Part shown: positions 44,320 through 54,566 of the stretch, piece after piece
How the letters are laid out: each line of letters starts with the position of its first letter
Position numbering within the stretch: position 1 is the first letter of the stretch
Position numbers and translations under genes: made by a program
The notes under the pieces: model-generated
What the model was told of the DNA's origin: nothing
Seen by the model: the letters and a program-made list of their open reading frames with translations, nothing else
Database searches by the model: none
Assembly: GCA_963716255.1 (NCBI GenBank)
Contig: OY970303.1
Coordinates: 6,816,001 to 6,880,000, forward strand
Direction: 5' to 3'
DNA from: an uncultured Gemmatimonadales bacterium
GTDB taxonomy: Bacteria; Gemmatimonadota; Gemmatimonadetes; Longimicrobiales; Longimicrobiaceae
DNA length: 64,000 nt

Positions 44320-47300
44320 GGATTCTCGTTCCTGGAAAGGACCAGCCACCCCTCGTCGGCCTCGGCGGCGTTCTGCAGGGTGGCCTTCTGGGATTGAACA
44401 CCGATGGCCGAGGAGGCCCACCCCGCGCCCGAGCGCTCCGTCCAGCCCCACGTCCCGTCGCCCTCGGCGGGAACCGGCAGGGCGACGCCGTCGGAGGTCC
44501 ACAGCACCGGGGCGGTGAGGAAGGTGAAGCGCAGCTGCATCACCGCGGCCGCGTACATCGCCGCCGGCAGGCCGATCGTCTGCACCGGGAGGATCCCGGT
44601 GGAGGCGTGCACCTCGGCGCGCGGGTCCACCAGCATGGCCAGCTTCAGCGGCTCCGCGTCGCTCGCGGCGAGGGTGACGGTGGCGGGGACGGGGGGGACG
44701 ATGTCGGGGAAGCCGGGCTCGGCCCCCTCGGCGTAGAAGCGGGTGAAGGCGTATCCCCCCGGCGCCCCGGCGTCGGGGAGGAAGAAGCCGTACAGCCCGT
44801 CGTTCAGCTCCGACAGGCTCCCCAGGAAGGCGGGGAAGCGGATGGCCGGGAAGCCGTGCACGGTGCGGACGGTGGGGTCGTCCACCCCCATGTCGACCTC
44901 CAGCGCGGGATAGCTCTGGTCGGGCGAGGGAAGGCCCTCCAGCTCCAGCGCCAGCGAGGTCTGCACCAGCGCCATGGGCGTTCCCAGCAGCACCGAGGTC
45001 GAGGCGTCCTGCTGGTAGCCGGTGGGGACGACCCACGTCTGGGTGCGGTCGAAGGTGCGGATCAGGTCGCGCACGTACGCCGCGCCGTTCCCGTAGGTGG
45101 CCAGCGCGAAGCCGCGCAGCACCGGGTTGGCGTCCGCGAACGCGGCGACGATGTCGGTCCCCGCCGAGCCGCTTCCCGGCGCGTCCATCCAGTACAGCGT
45201 CCCCTGCCCGCTCCCGCCGGCGAACAGGGTGCCGATCGCGTCGCCGTCGGCGTCGTAGAACGCCAGGCTCCCGTCCAGGTGGCTGGGGACCACCCATCCG
45301 CAGATGGGCGTGTCCTCCAGGTTCCCGGTCGCCGGCCGGCCGTCGGAGGCGGACAGCCAGCGGAAGTCCAGGCGCGCCCCCTGCGCCAGGCGGGCCGGCA
45401 GCAGGAGCTCGGGGCCGCCCGCCGCCGCCGCCGTGGGGATGGTCTCGCTCACCACCAGCCGGTCCACGAGCACCGTCTTCCACCGCCCGAAGGCGTCGGT
45501 CAGCGTCAGCCCGCGCAGCGCGGCCCTGCCGGCGCGCAGCGGGTTGTAGGGGAAGCCGGTGCGCGGGGTGTGCTGGTTCTCGGCCCCACCGCCCCGTTCA
45601 CCACCACGTTGCTGAAGTCGCGGTACAGCGCGCTGATGGCGGCGGGATCGTACACGGTGAGCTGCATCACCAGCTCCAGCATCAGCAGGGCGTCGTGGAA
45701 GCCGCCCATGGCCTGCGCCAGCGCGGGAACGTCCCGCAGGTCGTCCAGGATCTGCCGCAGCTCCTCGTCCTCGTTGTAGCGCAGGTACTGCGCGATCTGG
45801 GTGCGCAGGTCCGTGGTGGCGCCCGTGCTGAGGAGCGCCACGCCCTGGTACGACTGCACGGAGCCGGAGAACTCCGTCCCGGCCGGGTAGCCGTAGTCGA
45901 AGGTGTCCCGGTCGAAGTCCAGCCGGGTGACCACGGTGTCGGGGGGATACGTCTGCGATCCGCCGGAGCCCACGGCCACCAGCGGCTGGAAGTCCACCCG
46001 CCAGCTGAGGGCGATGGGGTTCCAGGGGCGCGTCCACGCCCGCATCATCACGTCGCCCTGCGGCGAGGGGCCGTCGAAGGTGATCCCGTCCTGCGGCGCC
46101 TCCGCGGCGAGCCACGCCTGCTGCGCGGCGGCGAGGTCGGCTCGCGTGGCCGCCGGGTCGAGCGAGGCGGGGTTCCCCGCGGGCCCGTTCGCGGCGAGGA
46201 GCGCCACGAGCTGGGGGACGGCGTCGCCGTTCAGCAGCACCGAGGCGCGCCACGCGGCTTGGATGGAAGGGTAGGGAAGCGCCGACGCGTCGCCGAAGGA
46301 CGGGATCCACGCCGCGTCCAGAGCGCACGCCGCGCTCCCCGCCACCAGCCCCGCCGGGAGATCGATCTCCGTGGGCAGGTCGCCGGTGAGCACGCACAGG
46401 AGCGTGGGCGCCTGGTCGGGCTGGGGCAGGGGGACGTCCCGGCCGGCCAGCAGGAGGACGGGGTCCGACGGGCGGTGGAAGCGGCGGCCGGGCGCGCTCA
46501 CCAGCTCCTGCGTGCCGGGGATCAGCGCCTCCACGGAGGCGGCCAGCGACGCCACGTCCGCCACGGCGTCGTCGCGCGCCTGCTCGGCCTGCGCCAGCGC
46601 GGCCACCTCGTCGGACAGGTACGAGTACACGTCGGAGAGCGGCGGCAGCCCGGTGAGCCCCGAGTGCTGGATCACCATGAACTTGGTCCAGTCGGCGAAG
46701 ATCTGCCGGCGGAGCGTGGCGATCTCGCGGTCCTTCGCGTCGGCCAGGCCCTGCGCGTCGTCCAGGGCGCGCAGCAGGTCCACGACGTCGTCCTCCAGCG
46801 CCACCGGGAGCTCGCCCGTGCGCGGCTGCACGGCCCACGCGGTGCCGCCCTGGAAGGCGTCGTACTCGGCGTCGTACAGCGCCTCTTCGAACGCGGCCTC
46901 CCCGCCCGGCTCGCCCAGCGTCTGGAGCATTCCCAGCTGCACCGCGTTCAGCAGCCGCTCCACCTCCGGCAGCCCTTCGCCCTGCACCAGGTAGGCGACC
47001 AGCGCGCTCAGCGCCTCCGGGGCGGTGTTCCCCAGCGACACGTTCACCGCCGCCGGGTCGCCCGCGTCGGGAAAGTAGCCGCCGGCCAGCGTGGGGTCCC
47101 AGTCCAGGCCGCGCACGCACCCGAGCATCACCGTGTACCCGGGCGAGACGGTGCCGTCGTGGTCGTCGAACACCCAGCCGAAGGGGTTGGCCGTCCCGGA
47201 GATGGACGTGTCCGCCAGCGGATCGTCCGCGGGGTTGGAGTACCAGCCGGCGACGGTGTAGGAGAGGGATTGCGTCTTCGTGTCGAACCCGGACTGCAGC

Positions 47301-47899
47301 GAGCCGTCGTACATCCCGAAGACGTTGGCGCAGTTGGGGTAGAACGCCGAGAAGTCCAGCACGCCGTACCCCATGGCGTTCAGCGGCAACAGGTACGTGC
47401 CCCGCCCCCCGTTCGCCACCCAGTCCGCGTAGTCGTACACCCGCCCCAGGTAGCGCCAGGTGTTCCCCGTCATCTCCTGCGTCTGCCAGGGGATGCTGGT
47501 CTGGCTGTGGGTGGCGTCGCCCGCGACGTAGCTGCTCTCCACCACGAACGCCTTCGTCGCGGTCGATCCCGTCGCCCGGTCCGTGACGGTGCGGACCACC
47601 AGCCAGCGGTCGGGCGCGGCGGGGAGGGTGGTCGCGCCGTTCTCGCCCGTGTCGGCGCGGCGGATGGCGCGCGGGAGCATCCAGTGAAGGTGGATGCCGG
47701 GGGCGAGCGACACCGCCGAGAACGGCTCGCTGAGCACGGTGTCGCTCAGGTACACGCGCCCGGTGCGCTGGCCGTAGGCGGGGAGGCGGGAAAAGACGGC
47801 GGTGGGCGGGGAAAAGTGGCTGTCGCCCTGGTCCGCGTCGGCCAGGAGGAGCGCCTCCACGCGGACGGGGACCACCAGCCCCTGCACGGGCGTGTTCAC
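44316..47899 (-). pseudogene. Large conserved hypothetical protein (about 1194 aa if repaired), split by a 1-nt frameshift at about 45584-45587 (real lesion or sequencing error)
   Basis: GTG at 47899 overlaps the upstream TGA. Protein-like sequence (GIHLHWMLP, APDRWLVVR, YTVAGWYS) runs in track ORF 45506..48553 up to ...VVVNGAV and resumes in ORF 44316..47120 at GAENQHTP...NPLRAG...DAFG...PICGW. One extra G in the minus-strand GGGG run joins the two frames. Confidence 0.8.
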
Positions 47900-48765
47900 G
47901 GCGCCTCCCGGATCACGAAGTCCACCTCCTGTACCCCCTGCACCATCTCCAGCGCGAAGGCGGCGGGCGCCCACGGCGTGGTGGTGATGGCGCCGCGGTC
48001 CACCAGCGCCGCGTGCAGCCGCGCCGCCAGGGCGTTCACGTCCAGCACGCGGTCGTCGGCCGCCGGGTCGCGCATGGGGACGTCCACCCGCGCGCCGTCC
48101 ACGATCTCGCCGGGCCGCTGGCCGCCGGGGCCGGCGTCCACGTACTTGAGCGCCTTCTGCGGCGCGCCGTGCTCCTGCTCGACCCCGAAGTGAAGCGTCT
48201 CGGCGGGCTCGCGCAGCTCCACCTTCGCCACGATGCCGTGGAAGAGCCCCAGCAGCAGGTCGGCCGAGAGCCGCTCCACGCGGATGGCGGGGAGCGGCCC
48301 GCCCGCGGAGTCGAACGCCTCCACCTCCAGGTTCGGCCATCCGCCCACCACGGCGGAGCGGAGGAGAAAGCCGCTGCTCCCCTCCGTCCCGTCGTCCTCC
48401 GCCGCCGCCAGGCCCAGGCGCGCGGCGCGCATCCGCGGCGCCATCCTCACCGCCTTCGCGCCCACCCGGGCGAGGCGCGGCGCCTCGCTCTCGTCCACCC
48501 CCGTCACCGGCCGGCCCAGGCTGAAGGCGCCGTCCACCAGCGCGGTGATCCACCGCTCGTCGACCCGGAAGAAGCGGATGGACTCCACGGGGAGCATGCG
48601 CGCGTTCGGGACCAGGTAGTGGATGGGAACGCCGTACAGCGCGCGCAGCCGGGCCAGCCAGGCGGCGATCTTTTCCTCGGCGGGATCGGGCTCCAGCGGA
48701 TCGGCCTGCGGCCCCTCCGCGCGCGCCGCGGCGCGGAACCCCGGCCCCTGCGTCCAGCGCTTCAT
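47896..48765 (-). CDS. Conserved hypothetical protein of the DUF6603-type operon (289 aa)
   Basis: ATG at 48765 forms an ATGA overlap. The translation is protein-like: VPIHYLVP..MLPVESIRFFRVD..W..ALVDGAFSLG..SGFLLRSAVVGGWPNLEV..EPAETLHFG. Confidence 0.8.
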   Translation of the reverse strand: MKRWTQGPGFRAAARAEGPQADPLEPDPAEEKIAAWLARLRALYGVPIHYLVPNARMLPVESIRFFRVDERWITALVDGAFSLGRPVTGVDESEAPRLARVGAKAVRMAPRMRAARLGLAAAEDDGTEGSSGFLLRSAVVGGWPNLEVEAFDSAGGPLPAIRVERLSADLLLGLFHGIVAKVELREPAETLHFGVEQEHGAPQKALKYVDAGPGGQRPGEIVDGARVDVPMRDPAADDRVLDVNALAARLHAALVDRGAITTTPWAPAAFALEMVQGVQEVDFVIREAP

Positions 48766-50117
48766 GCGTCCTCCCGTCCGCCGCGGGCGGCGCGCAGGAA
48801 GGCGGCGAGCGCCGGGCGCAGCGCCTCGCCCGCCAGGCGGCGGCCGAACACGCTGGCGTGCACCCGCGGCGCGGACTCCACTCCGTGCCGCTCGGCCAGG
48901 ATCCGCTGCTCGAACGCGTTGACCTGCGCCACGGTCTCGCCTCGCTTCCAGTTGTACAGGGTGGTGGAGAAGTCCAGGTCGTTCAGCGCCAGCAGCCGTC
49001 CCAGCTGCCAGGCGGCGGAAAGGGAAACGTCCATCATCCCGCTCTCGGGGTCGTAGACGGTGAGCTCGTCCTGCGAGCCGACGGGCACGCTCACCGTGCC
49101 GCCCATGGCGAAGGGGAGGAGGGGCCCCCGGTACCAGGAGACCAGCTGCGCTCCCTGCCGCGTGTGGTGCGGAAGCCCCACGTAGCCCATGGACAGCGCG
49201 TCCCGCACCGCCTGCATGGGCTCGTCCGTCGCCGCGTAGGGCACCTGAAGCGTGGGCGGGCTCAGGTCCACCCCCAGCAGCAGGTCGGCGAAGGAGACCG
49301 GGACGGCGACGCTGGAGAACGACCAGGCGTTCAGCACCGCGAGCCGGATCGCCGTCGTCCCCGCGGGCGGCCCCGCGCGGTCGGGGAGGTAGTCGCCCAT
49401 GTCCTCCAGCGAGACCAGCATCGCCGTGGTGCGCGCCCCCTCGCGCGCCAGCCGGTTGCCCACGACGAGGGCGGCGTCCCCCGTGGGCGTGTCCACCTCG
49501 TCCATCGGCCTCGCCGCCAGCGCCTCCTGCGAGACCACGCGCGAGCCCGCCAGCCAGCGCAGCTCGTCGCTCTTGGGTGCGATCGCCGCGAAGAGCGCGG
49601 CGGGGACGTCCACGTACGTGACGGGATCGGCCTCCGCCTCCCCGTACTCCAGCGTCAGGCCGGGATAGGAGGCGACGCCAGGGGGCGGGCTCACCAGGTC
49701 CCGGAGCGTCCCCTGCACCGTGCCGGGGATGGGGTCGCCCTCGTCGAAGACCAGGATCCCCAGCCAGGGATACTCGATCGACGCCGGCGCGTCCTCCTCC
49801 GCGCCCGGCGGCGGCGGGGCGATCCCCAGGTCCCGCTGCCAGGGGAGGGTGCGCGCGGTGAAGACCACGTGAGGCAGCACGTTGCCGTACTCGCCCTGGG
49901 CCCCCTGCGGCGGAAAGACCCCCTGCACGTACGAAGGGGGGATGCTGAAGCGCGCCCCCTGCACGGCGAAGGTCACGTTGCCGCGGAAGGTCTCGTCGAA
50001 CGCCTGCGCCCCCGTGCCGCCCCACACCCGGTGGCGCACGGAAACGACGTAGTCGCCCGATTCCAGCGGCGGCTGGAAGAAGTCGTAGAAGACGACCTGC
50101 TTGTTCTCGTCGCTCAT
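48762..50117 (-). CDS. Conserved hypothetical protein of the DUF6603-type operon (451 aa)
   Basis: ATG at 50117 forms an ATGA overlap with the DUF6603-type gene stop. Motifs include PPLESGDY, LPHVVFTARTLPWQR, PWLGILVF, SWYRGPLLP and DVSLSAAWQLGRLLAL. Confidence 0.8.
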   Translation of the reverse strand: MSDENKQVVFYDFFQPPLESGDYVVSVRHRVWGGTGAQAFDETFRGNVTFAVQGARFSIPPSYVQGVFPPQGAQGEYGNVLPHVVFTARTLPWQRDLGIAPPPPGAEEDAPASIEYPWLGILVFDEGDPIPGTVQGTLRDLVSPPPGVASYPGLTLEYGEAEADPVTYVDVPAALFAAIAPKSDELRWLAGSRVVSQEALAARPMDEVDTPTGDAALVVGNRLAREGARTTAMLVSLEDMGDYLPDRAGPPAGTTAIRLAVLNAWSFSSVAVPVSFADLLLGVDLSPPTLQVPYAATDEPMQAVRDALSMGYVGLPHHTRQGAQLVSWYRGPLLPFAMGGTVSVPVGSQDELTVYDPESGMMDVSLSAAWQLGRLLALNDLDFSTTLYNWKRGETVAQVNAFEQRILAERHGVESAPRVHASVFGRRLAGEALRPALAAFLRAARGGREDA

Positions 50118-53100
50118 GGAAGCGTGGGTCCGAAGTCCTTCGCCTCGCCCGGGTAGGCGAGCACCACCTCGCCCAGGAGCTCCAGGCGCTCGGGGTCCTG
50201 CATGGGCTCCGTGTCCAGGTAGCTGCCGATGTCGAAGCCGTTGCGCACCAGCTCCGCCAGGATCGGCGAGCGCGCGTCCGCCACGGCCGGCGCGCCGATG
50301 GTGGCGGCCAGCGCGGCGTCGGGGTCCAGCCCGCCGAAGGGGTCCGCCGCCGGCGCCGGGTCGATCCCCCAGGCCGTCGTGCGCGTCCCCTCCACGTCGT
50401 ACTCCAGCGTGGCCACGTTCACCGGGACGGAGCTCGTGGGCGTGGCGATCTCCGGCCGCAGCTCCAGCCCCTGAAGGCAGTCCTCCAGCAGCGAGCCGTC
50501 GTTCAGCGCGCGCCCCAGGTCCGGCTGGTACAGCCACATCGCCTTGGACGCGCGCACCAGCACCGGCGACGGGGTGAAGCCGTCGTACGGGAGGAGGTCC
50601 GTGAGCCGGCAGACGGTGACCTCGTGCGCGCTGCTCACGTCGCCGGTGCCCAGCTGCATGGGCCCGATCCCGAAGGCCGTGCTCCACGTCGCGGGCGTCC
50701 ACGCCGTCCCGTTGTACGACAGCGTCTTCCCCGGCACCAGCGACTGCGTGGTGAGGCGGAAGTGCTGCGGGTCCACCAGGTAGTCGATGGGCACCTCCAC
50801 CGTTTCCGAGGGGTTCTCGGGGTCCGGGTGGACGGCGACGACGGCGCCCGAGCGGGTCAGGTCCTGCAGCACCCCGTCGTTGACCACCACCGCGATGACG
50901 GGGGACACGTCCTGCACCGTGCGCGCGGCCGTGGCGCAGCTGCTGTCCGCCGCGGAGGCGGCGGGCATGGGCGCGGGAGGCGCGGCGCGGGATCCCCGGC
51001 GCGGCGTGCGCGCGGCCGGGCGCTGCAGGAACGAGGCGGCCGTCGCCTCCGGCCCCGCCGCCGCCTGCTGCGAGCTCCCCGACTGGTCCAGGAACGAGTC
51101 GCGGAAGTCCGTCCACCCGATGGCCGGCGGCCTGGAATCGTCGTCGTCGTCGCCGATGGTGAAGGAGATGACGTACAGGTCGATGCGCGCCCGGTACCGG
51201 AAGGGCGGCCCCCAGATGTGCAGCTCCGCGCCCACGCTGGCGGAGATGCTCACCCGCACGAACGAGATCTCCACCGACGCCCGCACGCTGAACGACACCC
51301 CCAGGGCGACGTCGTAGTGGAACGGCTTCCACTGGACCAGGAAGTCCGCGTGGACGCTGAAGCTCACGTAGATGGGCCCGCTGCTCCACGTGGCGTCCAG
51401 CCGCCCGCCCGCCATGACCGCGTGCGGCACCAGCGCGAAGTACAGCCCGCCCTTGATCGACAGCTCGGTGGAGACCGTCCAGTTCATCCCCAGCCGCGGC
51501 ACCGTGGGATAGTACGCCGGCGGGGTGAAGGCGGGGTTGTACCCGCCGAAGGTCACCACGAAGTCGCCCGCGTGGTCCTGCGCGGGGGGGAGCGCCGGGT
51601 CCGTCGGCGTGAACCACAGGCAGAAGGCGAAGCCGCCGGTGAGCTTGCAGGCGCGCTCGAAGACGTAGGAATCGGGCGTGAGCTGGGCATACACGGCGGC
51701 CACCCCCTCCGAGGGGATGAGGAGCGCCTCCATGGCCAGCTGCGCGTAGATGACGGGAACCGGGTCCAGCGCGGGGACGGAAAGCGTCCCCACCCCCAGC
51801 AGCCCCACCTGGAAGCGCGCCCCGAACGCCACCGACAGCAGCGCCTGCACCGACACCATCCCGAACGACGACACGGTGACGCCCGCCGCCAGCCAGTTCT
51901 CCCCCGGCGCCACGCCCAGGTAGGCGTCCATCACCCGCATGGCGTCGGCCAGCGAGGGGTTGGTGCCGAAGGGGTTGCCGGTGGTGCCCGCGCCGGCCAC
52001 CAGCGGGTAGGTGACGACCTGGTCGATGGGCGGGAGGAGGAGGCTGCGGTTGTACCCGAAGCCGCCCGACACCCCGTTCACGTAGAAGTACGGCGGCCCG
52101 CCGATGGGCGCGTTCACCATCAGGAAGGCGAAGAGCGACGCCGGCTCGGTGGTGGCGTACGACCCCAGCGCCGACAGCGCGAAGCGCCCCGCGCGCACCG
52201 AAAGCTCCCCCGAGAACTCCAGGTACTCGGGGGTCTCCGTCTTCAGGAAGGCGCCCGAGATCGCGACGCCGGGCGAGGTGTAGCGGATGGCCAGCCCGCC
52301 GATGTCGAACGAGGGGACGTACGGCGCCTGCAGGGGAACCACCACGCCCAGCCCCATCACGTCGGCCTCGAAGGCGGTGAACGCCAGCGAAGCGTCGAAC
52401 ATCACCTCCACCGCGTTCCCCTTGAGCCGGAACCCGATCCGGCGCACGCTGAGCGGGCCGAAGGTCTTCTGCACGTTGAACCACGTCCCCGCGGGCGACG
52501 TGGCCGTGACCCCCGGCGGGTTGGCCGCGGGGAGCAGGATCGGGTCGGTCTCCGCCCGGAGCGGCGCCGCCTGCGCCAGGGAGTTCGCCGGGGAGGCGGA
52601 CGACTGCGAGCCGCCGAAGGAAAGGACGATCTCCTGCGGGCTCCCGCCGAAGAGCACCACGAAGGTGACGGTGGTGGCCCCGCCCGTGTCCACGTTCAGC
52701 GACACCATGGACAGCGAGATGCTGTCCTCGGGCGACAGGAAGCCGCCCACCAGCGGGAGCTGGGTGAGGTCGATGGACAGCCCCTCGAAGGTGAGCGCCG
52801 CGTCCACCACCATCCGCCCGTCGGCGGCGAAGAACTCCACCGACAGGCGGTTGAGGTCGATCTCCGGGAACCCCGCGGGGAGGCTCCACCCCCAGATCCG
52901 CACCAGCTGGTCCACCAGCTGCGTGAGGCTGGGCGTCTGCCCCGGGATGGTCTCGCCGGTGAACACCCATCCGCCCGTGGGCGTGTAGCCGGCCGTGGCC
53001 TGCACCGCCACGCCGCCCAGCGTGAAGATCCCCGCCACCAGCCCCGAGACGCCGGCGCGCGAGGACTGGAGCTTCAGGTACATCTCCGTGAGCACCAGCC

Positions 53101-54562
53101 CGCTGGCGCCGCCGATCAGCTCCCAGTGCTCCAGGACGTCGGCCTCGAAGGTGTACAGCCCGTCCGTCACGTTCCCGGTCGCGGCGAACGTCGCGCCGGT
53201 GATGGTGGGGAGGGGGATGCTGTCGCCCACCAGCTGCCGCACCGGCGCCAGCAGGTCCATCTCCCGGTCCACCACCTCCAGCTGCAGCCGGAAGAACAGG
53301 TCGGGGATGGAAACGTAGGCCGAGAGGGTGACGTCGGCGTTGCTCCCGGGGGCGAACCGCGCCGACGCGTAGACGTTCCCCAGCGCCGTCCAGCTCCCGC
53401 CCGCGTTGTCGGCCTGGATGGAGAAGCCGATCGAGTCCACCACGATCAGCCCGTCGAACAGCACCCACGGGGAGGAAACGATCTGGAACGCCACCAGCAC
53501 GTGCGTGAACGCCAGCGGCGAGGGGTTCAGCTCCACCCCCGCGTACTGCAGCGTCAGGTCGTCGAAGACGGGGAAGCCGGCGCCCGGGTCCAGGATCCCC
53601 GACAGGTCGGCGCCGTTCAGCAGCGTGTTCAGCTGCCCCTTCGTGGCGGACTGCTGGTACGACCGGCCCACCTCCAGCCGCAGCCGCTCGCCGCCGTCGT
53701 CGAAGAGGAAGGCGCTGACGGGAATGGGGTCCCACCCCTGCGGCGTGAAGGCGCAGCGCACCGCGGCCACGCCGGTGGGAAGGACGCTGTAGGCCAGCAG
53801 GTCGTCGGTGGCGATCTCCTGGAAGTAGCAGGCGAACTGGCCGGTGAAGACGAAGCTCGCGTCGGCAAGCGTGGCCGTGCTCCCCGACGAGTCCGGCAGC
53901 GACAGCAGGAGCTGGGGATACAGGGTGGCGGGCGCCCCCGTCTCCTCGTCCGCGGCCTGAAGGTACAGGGCGATGGGGCCCGAGGCGGCCGCGGGGAAGC
54001 GGATGACCGCGCCCATCAGGGTGGCCACGTCGGCCGTGGCGTTCACGGTGGCCCGCAGCGACACCCCGTTCACCAGCCGGTCGGCCACGGGCTGGATGTC
54101 GGGCGCCTGCCCGAACATCTCGCGGAAGTCGCTGGGGAGGACGACCGGCGCCGTGGAGTCGACCGTCATCACCGGCGCCGCGAAGGTCAGCTGCTGAAGC
54201 ACGCTGTCCTGCAGCACCGGGAAGGTGGCGGCCAGCTTCCACCCGGAGTCGCCGATGCGGATCTCCAGCCGCGCGTCCACCGTGCCGTCCTGCCGCAGCA
54301 CGAACACCCCCGTGGTCACCTGCCCCGCCGACACGCCCGTGAGCACCCCGGCCGCGAGCGTGCCGGAGATGGTGACGGTCTGCGTCCCCGGGTTCGACTC
54401 CGAGTGTGCCTGGAGGACGGTGAGGGTGCCGGACGAGGGAAAGAACGCCGCGGTCCAGAGCGTGGTGACGGCCGGGGTCTGGAACGCCGTGGCCGCCACC
54501 GCGATGCGTCCGGCGTTGTCGGGCTGGAGCAGACCCTCGAGCTGCGCGAAGGTGAGCGACAT
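50114..54562 (-). CDS. DUF6603-domain-type large beta-strand-rich protein (1482 aa)
   Basis: Clean ORF with normal amino-acid composition. The C-terminal half carries motifs I recognise as DUF6603-like (PIGGPPYFYVNGVSGGFGYNRSL, WLAAG, CKLTGGFAF..WF, HAGDFVVTFGGYNPAF..PAYYPTVPRLG). The family call is from memory and was not searched. Confidence 0.75.
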   Translation of the reverse strand: MSLTFAQLEGLLQPDNAGRIAVAATAFQTPAVTTLWTAAFFPSSGTLTVLQAHSESNPGTQTVTISGTLAAGVLTGVSAGQVTTGVFVLRQDGTVDARLEIRIGDSGWKLAATFPVLQDSVLQQLTFAAPVMTVDSTAPVVLPSDFREMFGQAPDIQPVADRLVNGVSLRATVNATADVATLMGAVIRFPAAASGPIALYLQAADEETGAPATLYPQLLLSLPDSSGSTATLADASFVFTGQFACYFQEIATDDLLAYSVLPTGVAAVRCAFTPQGWDPIPVSAFLFDDGGERLRLEVGRSYQQSATKGQLNTLLNGADLSGILDPGAGFPVFDDLTLQYAGVELNPSPLAFTHVLVAFQIVSSPWVLFDGLIVVDSIGFSIQADNAGGSWTALGNVYASARFAPGSNADVTLSAYVSIPDLFFRLQLEVVDREMDLLAPVRQLVGDSIPLPTITGATFAATGNVTDGLYTFEADVLEHWELIGGASGLVLTEMYLKLQSSRAGVSGLVAGIFTLGGVAVQATAGYTPTGGWVFTGETIPGQTPSLTQLVDQLVRIWGWSLPAGFPEIDLNRLSVEFFAADGRMVVDAALTFEGLSIDLTQLPLVGGFLSPEDSISLSMVSLNVDTGGATTVTFVVLFGGSPQEIVLSFGGSQSSASPANSLAQAAPLRAETDPILLPAANPPGVTATSPAGTWFNVQKTFGPLSVRRIGFRLKGNAVEVMFDASLAFTAFEADVMGLGVVVPLQAPYVPSFDIGGLAIRYTSPGVAISGAFLKTETPEYLEFSGELSVRAGRFALSALGSYATTEPASLFAFLMVNAPIGGPPYFYVNGVSGGFGYNRSLLLPPIDQVVTYPLVAGAGTTGNPFGTNPSLADAMRVMDAYLGVAPGENWLAAGVTVSSFGMVSVQALLSVAFGARFQVGLLGVGTLSVPALDPVPVIYAQLAMEALLIPSEGVAAVYAQLTPDSYVFERACKLTGGFAFCLWFTPTDPALPPAQDHAGDFVVTFGGYNPAFTPPAYYPTVPRLGMNWTVSTELSIKGGLYFALVPHAVMAGGRLDATWSSGPIYVSFSVHADFLVQWKPFHYDVALGVSFSVRASVEISFVRVSISASVGAELHIWGPPFRYRARIDLYVISFTIGDDDDDSRPPAIGWTDFRDSFLDQSGSSQQAAAGPEATAASFLQRPAARTPRRGSRAAPPAPMPAASAADSSCATAARTVQDVSPVIAVVVNDGVLQDLTRSGAVVAVHPDPENPSETVEVPIDYLVDPQHFRLTTQSLVPGKTLSYNGTAWTPATWSTAFGIGPMQLGTGDVSSAHEVTVCRLTDLLPYDGFTPSPVLVRASKAMWLYQPDLGRALNDGSLLEDCLQGLELRPEIATPTSSVPVNVATLEYDVEGTRTTAWGIDPAPAADPFGGLDPDAALAATIGAPAVADARSPILAELVRNGFDIGSYLDTEPMQDPERLELLGEVVLAYPGEAKDFGPTLP

Positions 54563-54566
54563 GGGC

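Noticed and set aside
45506..45583. Stop at 45506 as the true end of a separate gene
   Set aside because: The last ~25 codons are nonsense, while the other frame is protein-like over the same stretch and has no convincing start. A single frameshift explains both.
40829..54562. Prophage, tailocin, eCIS or T6SS interpretation
   Set aside because: Only collar/fibre-like domains are recognisable. No sheath, tube, baseplate, spike, capsid, terminase, integrase or lysis genes were seen.
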